From: Phoronis australis | Lineage: Eukaryota; Animalia; Phoronida | Assembly (NCBI GenBank): GCA_002633005.1 | Contig: NMRA01000113.1 | Coordinates: 903,194 to 967,193 of the forward strand | Length of the DNA stretch: 64,000 nt | Direction of reading: 5' to 3' | Part shown: positions 63,708-64,000 of the stretch, piece by piece | How the letters are laid out: every line of letters begins with the position of its first letter | Numbering within the stretch: the first letter of the stretch is position 1 | Made by a program: the position numbers and the translations under genes | The notes under the pieces: model-generated | The model's database searches: none | What the model saw: only the letters and a program-made list of their open reading frames with translations | Told to the model about the DNA's origin: nothing

Positions 63708-64000
63708 CAGTGGCGGATCTACGTTTTCAGCAAGGGGGGGGGTTTAGGATTCCCGCCAAGGTCGAATCCTAGGCGCGTGGCGCCGAGCGGGGGGAGGTCG
63801 GAATAGTGAAATTTCCATGCATCCTGATAAGTTTCTGGCACTTAACATGTCTCTGGAGTTTTTCTTAAGATAATTAAAAACCCTTCTCGATTTCGTCCCA
63901 TGAACTTGGCACATAAGTTTCGTGAAACCATATTGTGCACATCTGGGTATGAGTCACGCCACCAGCAAAAATTTTTGTTGGAACATCTGCTTACACACCT
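63708..64000 (+). mobile_element. Left end of an hAT-like MITE
   Basis: Begins CAGTGGCGGATCT followed by a G-run; similar ends at 56523 (CAGGGGCGGATCC) and ~11422 (AATCCGGCACTG). The other end is not in the window. Confidence 0.5.

Overview
Eukaryotic, intron-rich, AT-rich invertebrate genomic DNA (bilaterian; lophotrochozoan/mollusc-like by impression only). Five spliced genes were assembled by hand: a 5'-incomplete LEV-9-like WAP + 8xCCP gene (+), RAD9 (-, 13 exons) head-to-head with VPS29 (+, 4 exons, ATGs 135 bp apart), RUSF1/C16orf58 (-) and a Tantalus/PRR14-family gene (+). Mobile DNA includes a solo LTR with a 5-bp TSD, three related Merlin-like MITEs, LINE remnants and a dispersed repeat rich in CTCF-like motifs. 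There is also a three-level nest: a Tx1/L1 RT split by a 5-kb P-like TIR element (7-bp TSD), which itself carries a fold-back Kolobok-like THAP element. The most unusual observation is three independent minisatellites (33, 23 and 59 bp units), each an amplified copy of a genuine exon-intron junction. The 33-bp array gives RUSF1 about 27 additional in-frame, stop-free 5' splice sites.
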